Assembly (NCBI GenBank): GCA_001600695.1
Contig: BCKQ01000004.1
Span: forward strand, 479,583-543,582
Direction of reading: 5' to 3'
From: Ascoidea asiatica JCM 7603
Taxonomy: Eukaryota; Fungi; Ascomycota
DNA length: 64,000 nt
Shown one piece after another: positions 23,456 to 32,309 of this stretch (position 1 is the stretch's first letter; every line of letters starts with the position of its first letter). Made by a program: the position numbers and the translations under genes. A model generated the notes under the pieces. The model searched no databases. It was not told the DNA's origin and saw nothing but the letters and a program-made list of their open reading frames with translations.

Positions 23456-23729
23456 AGTTTAAAAAAAAAATATTATTGAAGTCTAGTGAACTAATTTAAT
23501 AATCTCTTTAATGCGAAATCTTCACTTTTAGCAGATCAAAAATATAAAGTAAATGAAATAACTAGATTAAATTTAGAGTATTAAAAAATATAAATCCTTC
23601 AGTGACAAAAATTGGCCACCCTAAGAAAGAGCGTCCCGCTATCAATTCAGCATACAGAAAGTATTTGAGTTAGAACTTTAAAGCTCAAAAGAGCGCCAAA
23701 AAATTATAAAAAAAATATAAGAGCTACTA

Positions 23730-23801
23730 TGCCTCTTGCCAGAATTGAACTAGCGACCTTTGCATTACAAGTGCAACGCTCTACCACTAAGCTAAAGAGG
23801 C
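23730..23801 (-). tRNA. tRNA-Thr (anticodon UGU)
   Basis: Minus strand reads GCCTCTTTAGCTTAGTGGTAGAGCGTTGCACTTGTAATGCAAAGGTCGCTAGTTCAATTCTGGCAAGAGGCA. It forms a full cloverleaf with A and B boxes, and a T-run terminator follows at ~23708-23715. Confidence 0.96.
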
Positions 23802-24053
23802 ATTAATTTGTTTTTTAAATTAAATATAATATAAATATCTCAAGTTTTAAGGCTCCTAATTAATTTTTCTTTCCGCTTTGTTTACCAATTTTAATTCTTA
23901 GACTCCGTTTTATACTAATGTGTAAAAAAATGAAAAAATAATATAACTACAGTTATTACAATATTTAATCTCTTTCTAAAAGTTTAATTTCAAATACTCT
24001 TTATTTATTAAAATATTAATTTTGGTATTTTGCTTTTGCTTTTGGAGTCTAAA

Positions 24054-27000
24054 ATGTCACTCTCAAAAGAAAAAATAGGTAATAATTCCACCCCTTCCTC
24101 AATTGCAACTCCACCACCTTTAAGCAATTTGACTAGCAGTAACAAAAAAAGAAAACAAGTCTCCTTGGATATAATTGATCAATTAGAAGATAAATTAGTT
24201 GAAGATGAAACTGATTTGAATACTTGGCTACTTTTAATTATTTTGGTTCAGAAAAAAGATAAGATTGATGCCGTTAGAAAAGTATATGAGAAATGTTTAA
24301 AAATTTTTCCATCAGTAAGTTATATTTGGCTAAATTATATTAAATATGAACTTTCAAGATCAGAATTTCAAAAAGCAGAAGCTTTATATGGTCGATGTCT
24401 TACGAAAAATTTAGGTATTACTCTTTGGCAAAATTATATTGAATATGTTTTAAGGATGAATATGAATAGTAATATTTCTTCTTCAAGCGAATCAAGATCG
24501 ACAATTATAAAAGCGTTTGATATGGCATTGGAAAATATTGGAATTGATATTGAGTCTGGTAACCTTTGGGAATCTTATTTAGCCTTTCTTGATAATTGGA
24601 AACCGATTTCTAATTGGGAAATTCAACAAAAGATGGATATTAAAAGAAAAGTTTATAAAAAGTGTTGTAAAATTCCTTTAAATAATTTAACTAAATTATG
24701 GAATTCGTATACTAATTTTGAAAATGATCTAAATTCTCAGACTGCTAGAAAATTTATTGAAGATTTAAATCATGAATATATGCTTGCTAGATCGTGGTTA
24801 ATTGAATATAATAATCTTACAACTGGTCTTATTCTTGCTGATTATTCAGATGGTAAAAGTAGTGATGGCAATATTAGTTCATCTTTGGATTTTATTCAAC
24901 TTATCAATAAAAATTTATCTCCAACACAAATCACATCTGAAATTTGTAAATTAAATATTAATCGCCTTAATTCTTTAGAGCAAAGAAAACAATTAGATAT
25001 ATGGAAAATTTGGATCAATTTAGAAAAAAAAAATAAGTTACAACTAAAAGATGTTAATAGATTGAGAACTAGAATTAGTTACGTTTATCAAAAAGCAACT
25101 CAAAAATGTCGTTTTTTTCCTGAAATTTGGTTTGATTATGTTCAATTTAGTCTGTTATCAGAATCAATAAATAATTCTAATGCTCCTGAAAAAGTAATCG
25201 ATGAATCAGTACCTGATTCTACTACATCTGAAATTTCTAATCAAAAGCTTTCTAATGTTGTAACTTTAGATATTTTGAACGAAGCGATAACTAATAATCC
25301 TTTGAGTTTTTCTTTAAATTATTTACTTGTTGGAATTTATGAAACATCCAAAAATCAACCATTGATTAAAAAAGTATTTACAAGATTTGCACTAAATTTC
25401 ATTAATATTCACTCTCGTTTACAAGAAAATTTGGAAACTATTTTATCTGAATTATGCAAATTAGCTGACGAATTACAAACTGTTAACTTGTCAATAAAAA
25501 ATAAAAATTTTAAAGGAGGTGAAAATGAAGCAGAACTTTTAATAGCTGGTTTAAAACAAGAGTACAAAAAATGGAATGAAAAAATGATAAATGTATTAAT
25601 TAAACAAAAAAAAATTAGGAGATTTATTACTTCAATATATGATCAATACACAAAAATTATGAAACGATCATTTAATAAAGAAAGTGCAAGAACGGCTTTC
25701 AAAGATTGCAGAAAATCATTTTCAAAATTAACCTGGCATATATTTTATGAGCAAGCGATTATGGAATATTATTCTTCTGAAAATTCGGATAAAGGAAAAA
25801 AAAATGCTATTAAAATTTTAAACTTGGGTGAAAAAAGAATTACTCAGACTTGGGAAAATGATAGGAAAGTTTTTGAGCCATTGCAATCAAAAATTTCGAA
25901 GGAAAATAAAAACATGCAGTTCAATTTTTTTAAAGAAGAGAATTTCGAATTTTTTTTGAAATATTTTGAATTTTTGGTTATGATTAATGATTACAATAAT
26001 ATAAAATCATTGTTTGAATCGTGTTTAAAAAATTATCAATTAGTTCATCCACCTTTGAAAGATGCTATAGATTTGCTAAATAGTAAAGAGGAATTGGTTG
26101 GAAGTGTTGGAAAAATTATAAATAAAATCACATCATTTGATGTTTCATATAATGATAATAAAAGATGTTACCATTCAAACGAAATTGAAAGTAAAAATCT
26201 TAGAAAGTTATTCAAATTAATATTTAAATACGAATCAAGTCACGGAAATAGTATAACTATTAAAAATAATTTTAATAAATATAAAATGGAATTTTTTCCT
26301 CATGATTCCACTATAAAGGTTTTTTCAGATATTTTTGATGAGTTAGATCAATATAATTTTATTAAAGAGTTTGAGATTGGAATTAGTTCTAAAAAACTTT
26401 CAAACGTGCTAAATAATGATATATATTCAATGAATGAAATTTATGAAGAAAAAAATGATATTAATATTTTAACAAATATCCCTTCAAAGAATCCAACTAA
26501 AAACAAATCTAGCAAAACTGAGGGGATAGAAACTGTTTTTGACTTGGTAACAAAAAATAAAGATCAAAAATTGGAAAAAAAACTAAAGGACTTTTTAGAT
26601 ACTGATTTTTCAGATGATGAACTAATTGATAATTATTCATATGATTTCAATAAAAATAAAAAAAGAAAAAACATGTCTGAATCTATTAAAAATAGAAACT
26701 TTGCTTTGAATGAATATGAATTCAATGAAGATAATTTGATTCATAAAAGAGTTAAACGAAGTTCTAATAGAGAATCAATAATTGGGGAAACGTATATTGA
26801 TTTAGATGATAATTATGATTTTGAAAATACTTATAATGAATTGAAAGAGAACGAAAAAGTTTCAGTATCCAGTAAAACAGGAACTATTTGGAGTAAAAAT
26901 AATCAAAGTCAACAATCAGCTCAAACTAATAATGAAACAAACTTGTATATTACAGATAATATCTTTAACTTATTAAAAATTTTACCTAACCGAAGTTATT

Positions 27001-27068
27001 TTGATGATGAATTATTCGACACTGAAAAGTTGATAGAAATTTTTCGAACAGTTGACATTCCTTTATGA
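24054..27068 (+). CDS. RNA14: mRNA 3'-end processing factor Rna14 (CstF-77 family, HAT repeats); first ATG at 24054
   Basis: N-terminal HAT repeats (WLNYIKYEL, LWQNYIEYV, IGIDIESGNLWESYLAFL, LWNSYTNFENDLN) and a C-terminal IFNLLKILP motif. Confidence 0.88.
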   Translation: MSLSKEKIGNNSTPSSIATPPPLSNLTSSNKKRKQVSLDIIDQLEDKLVEDETDLNTWLLLIILVQKKDKIDAVRKVYEKCLKIFPSVSYIWLNYIKYELSRSEFQKAEALYGRCLTKNLGITLWQNYIEYVLRMNMNSNISSSSESRSTIIKAFDMALENIGIDIESGNLWESYLAFLDNWKPISNWEIQQKMDIKRKVYKKCCKIPLNNLTKLWNSYTNFENDLNSQTARKFIEDLNHEYMLARSWLIEYNNLTTGLILADYSDGKSSDGNISSSLDFIQLINKNLSPTQITSEICKLNINRLNSLEQRKQLDIWKIWINLEKKNKLQLKDVNRLRTRISYVYQKATQKCRFFPEIWFDYVQFSLLSESINNSNAPEKVIDESVPDSTTSEISNQKLSNVVTLDILNEAITNNPLSFSLNYLLVGIYETSKNQPLIKKVFTRFALNFINIHSRLQENLETILSELCKLADELQTVNLSIKNKNFKGGENEAELLIAGLKQEYKKWNEKMINVLIKQKKIRRFITSIYDQYTKIMKRSFNKESARTAFKDCRKSFSKLTWHIFYEQAIMEYYSSENSDKGKKNAIKILNLGEKRITQTWENDRKVFEPLQSKISKENKNMQFNFFKEENFEFFLKYFEFLVMINDYNNIKSLFESCLKNYQLVHPPLKDAIDLLNSKEELVGSVGKIINKITSFDVSYNDNKRCYHSNEIESKNLRKLFKLIFKYESSHGNSITIKNNFNKYKMEFFPHDSTIKVFSDIFDELDQYNFIKEFEIGISSKKLSNVLNNDIYSMNEIYEEKNDINILTNIPSKNPTKNKSSKTEGIETVFDLVTKNKDQKLEKKLKDFLDTDFSDDELIDNYSYDFNKNKKRKNMSESIKNRNFALNEYEFNEDNLIHKRVKRSSNRESIIGETYIDLDDNYDFENTYNELKENEKVSVSSKTGTIWSKNNQSQQSAQTNNETNLYITDNIFNLLKILPNRSYFDDELFDTEKLIEIFRTVDIPL

Positions 27069-27180
27069 TGGGATCATAGGGAAGTGAACTTATATAGCAA
27101 TTAAACATTTTGACCAAAAATGATTTTAAATAAATGAATTCTTCAAATTACTATCAAACCTGTAATGATTTATTATTGTT

Positions 27181-27350
27181 ATCTTTTTGTATGTGATGAT
27201 TTACAAAAGCTGTAGGCCGTATCTAAGGATTCAATGTCAGATTTTATCTTGTTACCCTGTCTAGGTGGACAAACACAAAATGAGATCTTACCTTACAGTT
27301 GTTTTGTTAGTATTTGAAGGTGGCACTGGTCGAAATTAGATTTCTGACTC
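27181..27350 (+). ncRNA. Candidate box C/D snoRNA, U13/snR45-like
   Basis: Box C GTGATGA at 27193-27199 and box D CTGA at 27344-27347. Two elements complement the 18S 3' region (27181-27191 and 27246-27255), and internal stems are present. Confidence 0.5.
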
Positions 27351-27505
27351 GATGACTTAATTACCATAAATAACTTCAATATCAAACAGTTATTTTATCA
27401 GTAAATTGTGTAATTAAGTTGTGTAACAATTAAAGAAAAAAACAGTTGCTAATATTACAAATTAACTTAAGGTACTTAGATAATTACAAGTTCGTCAATT
27501 TAAAA

Positions 27506-27769
27506 ATGTCAGAAAAGAAAAGTCAAAGTACAAATAATCAAAGTGGAATACCCTCAAGTTATACAAAAGATCCTAAAAAGCATCAAATTCAAACATTAGA
27601 AGATGATGATGAATTTGAAGACTTTGAAGTTGAAGACTGGAAAGATGAGGAAACTGTAGGTGCCGATCCCACCCAACAATTATGGAATGAAGATTGGGAT
27701 GATGATGATGTAGAGGATGATTTTAGTAACAAATTAAAAGAAGAATTAATAAATTCTACAAAAAAATAA
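27506..27769 (+). CDS. SEM1: Sem1/Dss1 proteasome lid subunit; first ATG at 27506
   Basis: LEDDDEFEDF...LWNEDWDDDDVEDDFSNKLKEEL. Confidence 0.95.
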   Translation: MSEKKSQSTNNQSGIPSSYTKDPKKHQIQTLEDDDEFEDFEVEDWKDEETVGADPTQQLWNEDWDDDDVEDDFSNKLKEELINSTKK

Positions 27770-28029
27770 ATTTTTTAGTAGGTAAGAATATGTTGCAGTA
27801 GTATAATATGATATATTGTTTTAAAAATATGTACTATAAAAGATTTCTGAAGTCTTACGAAATAAACAAAACAAATTAATTAAAAAAAGAAAATAGCGTT
27901 CAGAAATAACTATTGTAATATCAGTCTTAAGGTTCTCTACCCCTGTAAGCACCTTAACACCAACTAAAAAGAAAAAAAAATAAAATAAAGAAAAGTATTA
28001 AAAAGATAAAAGAACAGCAAGAAAATAAA

Positions 28030-28728
28030 TCAAGCATTTTTGCTTGCAGAAGAAAGTTCGGGTGAATCAAGTACACCATCTATAACTGTGATCATTATGT
28101 TTGAGGACTCACCTTTAACTTCCTTTGTTTCCAAAACTTTTAACCAATAATCTTTAGGATTGACCCCATTATCACATAATCTAACCATATAAGTTTTATC
28201 AAGATCATTACTCTTTAGTTGTAATTGATGGTTGTTTATTGTTTTGACAAATTCAAGATTATGAACATTTTCATTAATATTGACAATATGACTATTTAAA
28301 AAATTTATTATATTTGAATCTAAAATTTCGTCTTTATCTTTCTCACTTAATTGGCCATTATTTTCAATACTTTTAGGATATTCCCAAGGTTTTAAAGATT
28401 GCTTTTCGATGATTGAATCCAATGGAACAAAAATCATTAAATTAGTTTTAACACCTAATTCCATATTGGGATTTTTTGTTATTAAAGTTTCAAGATAATC
28501 TTGCTTATCTCTCAAATAATAAGAAAATATTGAAATTCTCCTTTGTTTGAAATTATCTAACGAAATAATATTAGATGTCAAACCCACGAAATCAATCATT
28601 TGTGAAATTGATAAAGATCTCTTGGAATAAGTTGAATCCTTGAATTTTGAAGGATCAAAAACGTTTTTTGCGCTACAGGTAGCAAAATATAAAAAATATA
28701 GTACACAAAAGATGATAAATTTTCTCAT
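28030..28728 (-). CDS. Secreted or vacuolar FAS1-domain protein (YDR262W-like)
   Basis: Signal peptide, ISIFSYYLRD, MIFVPLD...LSLKPWEYP-like motif (QSLKPWEYP), FLNSHIV and terminal VIDGVL fasciclin motif. Confidence 0.7.
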   Translation of the reverse strand: MRKFIIFCVLYFLYFATCSAKNVFDPSKFKDSTYSKRSLSISQMIDFVGLTSNIISLDNFKQRRISIFSYYLRDKQDYLETLITKNPNMELGVKTNLMIFVPLDSIIEKQSLKPWEYPKSIENNGQLSEKDKDEILDSNIINFLNSHIVNINENVHNLEFVKTINNHQLQLKSNDLDKTYMVRLCDNGVNPKDYWLKVLETKEVKGESSNIMITVIDGVLDSPELSSASKNA

Positions 28729-29214
28729 TATAATATTAAATAAAAATAATAGCAGAAATTAAATTGTTTAAATAGACCTTTAAAATATCTTCAGTTATTT
28801 GATTTTTTTACACTTCATTATAATTGCTCTTCATTCACCAAGTTTTTATACAGACAATTAGGATAAGACGTATCTGAGGGATAGAAAGCACAGTACCGGT
28901 AGAATCTATTCTTGATATCCGCAATATAACTACGGAAGCATATCCGTAATCAGGATTTAAGTATAATGTTGTAACCCAAAGTGAAGACAACATTAAACCC
29001 ATTAACCTGGCGAATGATACTCTAATGTTTACTTTTCGTCGTTTTGAACTGTTGTTTGTTTTGTTTTTGAATAACAATAAATTTGAGATTTTAATAAAAT
29101 AAATTGATTTTCTTATATCGACCTTATTTAATTGTAATTTCTAAAAAAACTGTAAAGATTTCCAAGAAAAATTTATTTTCAGTTCATTGATAAATCTGAA
29201 AAGTCAAATTCAGT

Positions 29215-31863
29215 ATGCCACGACTTAATCAGAGCTTTCACTGTAAACTGACTAGATTAAGCACTTTTCAAGAAGAAAAAGAGATAGGAAAACAGAAAAA
29301 GATCAAGATAAAATGGCCTTCTTTGATTGATAATAATAAGTCAAAACATCCCTCTCCAGAGATAATGGCCGAACAAGGTTTTTATTTCACTCCAACAAAG
29401 TTGAATCCCGATAGAACTACTTGTTCCGGTTGCAATAAAAAAGATTCGAATTGGGCAAAGGTTATTAATCCTATGGATCATCATTTAAAAAATACAAACT
29501 CAAATTGTTTGCAATGCTTTTTTCTAATGGAAAAACAAAAGAGAGATTATTATCTTGAGAATGTTAATGAAAAGATTGAAACGTATGATTGGTCAAAAAT
29601 TGATTTTTTAAAAGATCCATTTTCCAAAAAGATGATACTAATAAGGCAGCACTCATTTTCTAAAAAGAAATGGCCATATGATGATACGAAGCGATATTCC
29701 GATTGGATTCCAACTTCTTCCAAAATGGTCAATGCTGGATTTTATTATTGGGCTCGTGATGATATGAATGATGATCAGGTTTTCTGTATTTATTGTAATC
29801 GATCTTTGAAAAATTGGGCTAAAGATGATGATCCATTGAAAGAGCACAAAAAGCGATCTCCAAATTGTTACTTTTTCAATTCAATGCCTATGGAGAAATC
29901 ACCCTCAATTATTCCCAGCTCTGATTCCACGTCCGGTGATGAGCTAATAAGCACAAGCAAAAGCTCGAAACTAACAAGGAAAAGGAAGACCATTCAGCCT
30001 TCTTCTTCTGTTTCAGAAAATTTAGATTTACATATGGACAATCAATCCAAAAATAATGCTAATGATATCATTCCCACTGATTTTTCAGCCGTTAAAAGAA
30101 ATAAGAGAATAAGAAAAGCAATGAAAAAGCCAAATACTTCTTTTTTTCATGATTCAGATTTAGAAAAATTTGATCAATCAAGAGACTCTTTAACTAATAA
30201 TAATGGTAACAATTCTGGGTTAGAAGAAGAGCAAATAAATAATTTTCTTAACAATAACACCTTAGCCAGAATTAGAGATAATAGGTCAAGGATAATGAAT
30301 AGTTCTTCCAGACCCGCAACTTCTAAGAAGTCAGAGATTTTTAATATTGGAAATCAGAGCGCAAAAAGTAAAAAAAATGATGAAGCTGAATTCTCAGATT
30401 ATGACGCAAATAGAACTCTGACAAATTTTAGAATAGAAAAAGACATTATGAATGAAACTATAAACAATTCTCTTTTAAGTGAGGCTGAATTTAATCTGCA
30501 ATCACATTTTGAGAATGATGGATACAAAAATAAAGCTAATGCCAATGATACTTCTTTATCGAAAAACAATCAAATAAAAAACGTTCCTAGAGATGCTAAT
30601 AATTTCGAAAGGATTGAGGTAGACGAACAAAAATTAAAGGTTTCAACCCCTCTTCCAAACTCATCCGTCCCTTTCAAAGTTGATTCTCGTGAAAATTTGA
30701 TCGAAAAAAAAAATATTCCTGGAAAATCAAAATCACTTATCGATAAAATGAACTTGGAAGATATTAGTGGGTTGTCAACAATTTCACCGATGACCGCTAA
30801 AAGAACATCCTTGAGAGAAAGCATTTACAAGACATATTCATTAATCGAGGAGCAAGAACAGCAACGAAGTAAGCTTTTTTCTAATCGACAGAGTATGACT
30901 TCTTCTCTGAAAAATCAGAATATTTTTGAGCCTATAGGTAATTCAACTCAACTAAATGTTATTCAAGAAATCGATGATGACGATAAACTCGAAGTATCAA
31001 CCTCAACCATAACAAAAAATGCTGCTAAAACCAGGCTAAAGGCAGAAAAGAAAGCTAATTCTAACGATCAGGTAAAGAAAAGGTTTGAATCTAGTCAAGA
31101 TCAATTAATGAACTCTTCAGTGATTTCAATTGAAGATTCTTCTGCTTTTCTTCCTATTGCTGAAAATACCTCCATTAAAAGTATCCATATCGATTATATT
31201 AATAATAACCAATCCGACGCTAATGACCAAAAAAATAAAGAAGGATTTTTAAATAATAAATGGGCCCCTCAAGATGAATCAAGTATATACCCTAAAGGTA
31301 TACAGTTGGATAGTAACGTTAAATTGGAAAAAATAGAGAAAAACATGGAAGTTCCATTCAGCTCTCCCTTTCTAACTCCTTCACGAGAAATAAATAATGA
31401 CACGACCAATTACAATAGTATTGCACCATTTGCACAGGGTACCCCAATTGAAGATTTTACAAGCTGCATCGTGCCAAATAATACAACAGAATTAAGAGGC
31501 TATCAATTAGATGCTCAGGTGAAGTTGGGTAGTACGAAGAAACTCAATAATTTCCCAAAAAATTGGCAGCCTATTAATCATGAGCAAATTTTTCATGATA
31601 AGTTGCTTGATCTAAAAAGAGCTTCTGATTATTTGAATGATATCACAAAAATCAACTATCAATTATCAGAAGATGAAGATGGAATTCTAACTGAATTCAT
31701 TTCTCAAATGCCGGAAAGAGAGCTAAACATGAATTTGGAAGAGTGGATTAATTTTCAAGCGCAGCAGTCAAAAAACTTGCTAACTCAAACTTGCAAAAAC
31801 ATGGTGGAAATCTTTGAAAACGAGGGTGAAAAAGCAGTTCAAATTTTAAAATCTTTAAATTGA
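29215..31863 (+). CDS. BIR1: Chromosomal passenger BIR-repeat protein Bir1/survivin
   Basis: Two BIR domains (MAEQGFYF...CSGC...H...C and MVNAGFYY...CIYC...EHKKRSPNC), a long disordered middle and a C-terminal ELNMNLEEWI...FENEGEKAVQIL helix. Confidence 0.9.
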   Translation: MPRLNQSFHCKLTRLSTFQEEKEIGKQKKIKIKWPSLIDNNKSKHPSPEIMAEQGFYFTPTKLNPDRTTCSGCNKKDSNWAKVINPMDHHLKNTNSNCLQCFFLMEKQKRDYYLENVNEKIETYDWSKIDFLKDPFSKKMILIRQHSFSKKKWPYDDTKRYSDWIPTSSKMVNAGFYYWARDDMNDDQVFCIYCNRSLKNWAKDDDPLKEHKKRSPNCYFFNSMPMEKSPSIIPSSDSTSGDELISTSKSSKLTRKRKTIQPSSSVSENLDLHMDNQSKNNANDIIPTDFSAVKRNKRIRKAMKKPNTSFFHDSDLEKFDQSRDSLTNNNGNNSGLEEEQINNFLNNNTLARIRDNRSRIMNSSSRPATSKKSEIFNIGNQSAKSKKNDEAEFSDYDANRTLTNFRIEKDIMNETINNSLLSEAEFNLQSHFENDGYKNKANANDTSLSKNNQIKNVPRDANNFERIEVDEQKLKVSTPLPNSSVPFKVDSRENLIEKKNIPGKSKSLIDKMNLEDISGLSTISPMTAKRTSLRESIYKTYSLIEEQEQQRSKLFSNRQSMTSSLKNQNIFEPIGNSTQLNVIQEIDDDDKLEVSTSTITKNAAKTRLKAEKKANSNDQVKKRFESSQDQLMNSSVISIEDSSAFLPIAENTSIKSIHIDYINNNQSDANDQKNKEGFLNNKWAPQDESSIYPKGIQLDSNVKLEKIEKNMEVPFSSPFLTPSREINNDTTNYNSIAPFAQGTPIEDFTSCIVPNNTTELRGYQLDAQVKLGSTKKLNNFPKNWQPINHEQIFHDKLLDLKRASDYLNDITKINYQLSEDEDGILTEFISQMPERELNMNLEEWINFQAQQSKNLLTQTCKNMVEIFENEGEKAVQILKSLN

Positions 31864-32309
31864 AATCCGGTCTTTTTAGTGTAGTTAGATGTAATATATA
31901 TTATAGATTCGAATATATGATGAAATGATTGAAAATAACTATCCCAAATTTCTCGATTTAAATTCAAGATTAATCAGATTTGTGCAAGTTCTTTAAACAA
32001 CTTGTTGTAGTAACTTTATTTCCTAATACGAACTCTTTGTTCCATTCAATTTCGGCCTCATATTGCTGCGCCGTTCTGGATTTAGTTAAAAACAACTGCA
32101 CTAGCCACACTTTTATTTTCTTCTACAGTATTGAGTTTAATAAATAAACACCAAAATGTATAAAATAATAAACAAAAAACTATTATTTTTGTCAACATAC
32201 CTCTGATAAAGTAATTTTTACCCATCAAAAATTTAGAATAGACCATTTAACAATTTGCCTTTCATGACTTCTTGTTCTTCTTTTGAAATAGTATCGATTT
32301 GAAATAGTA

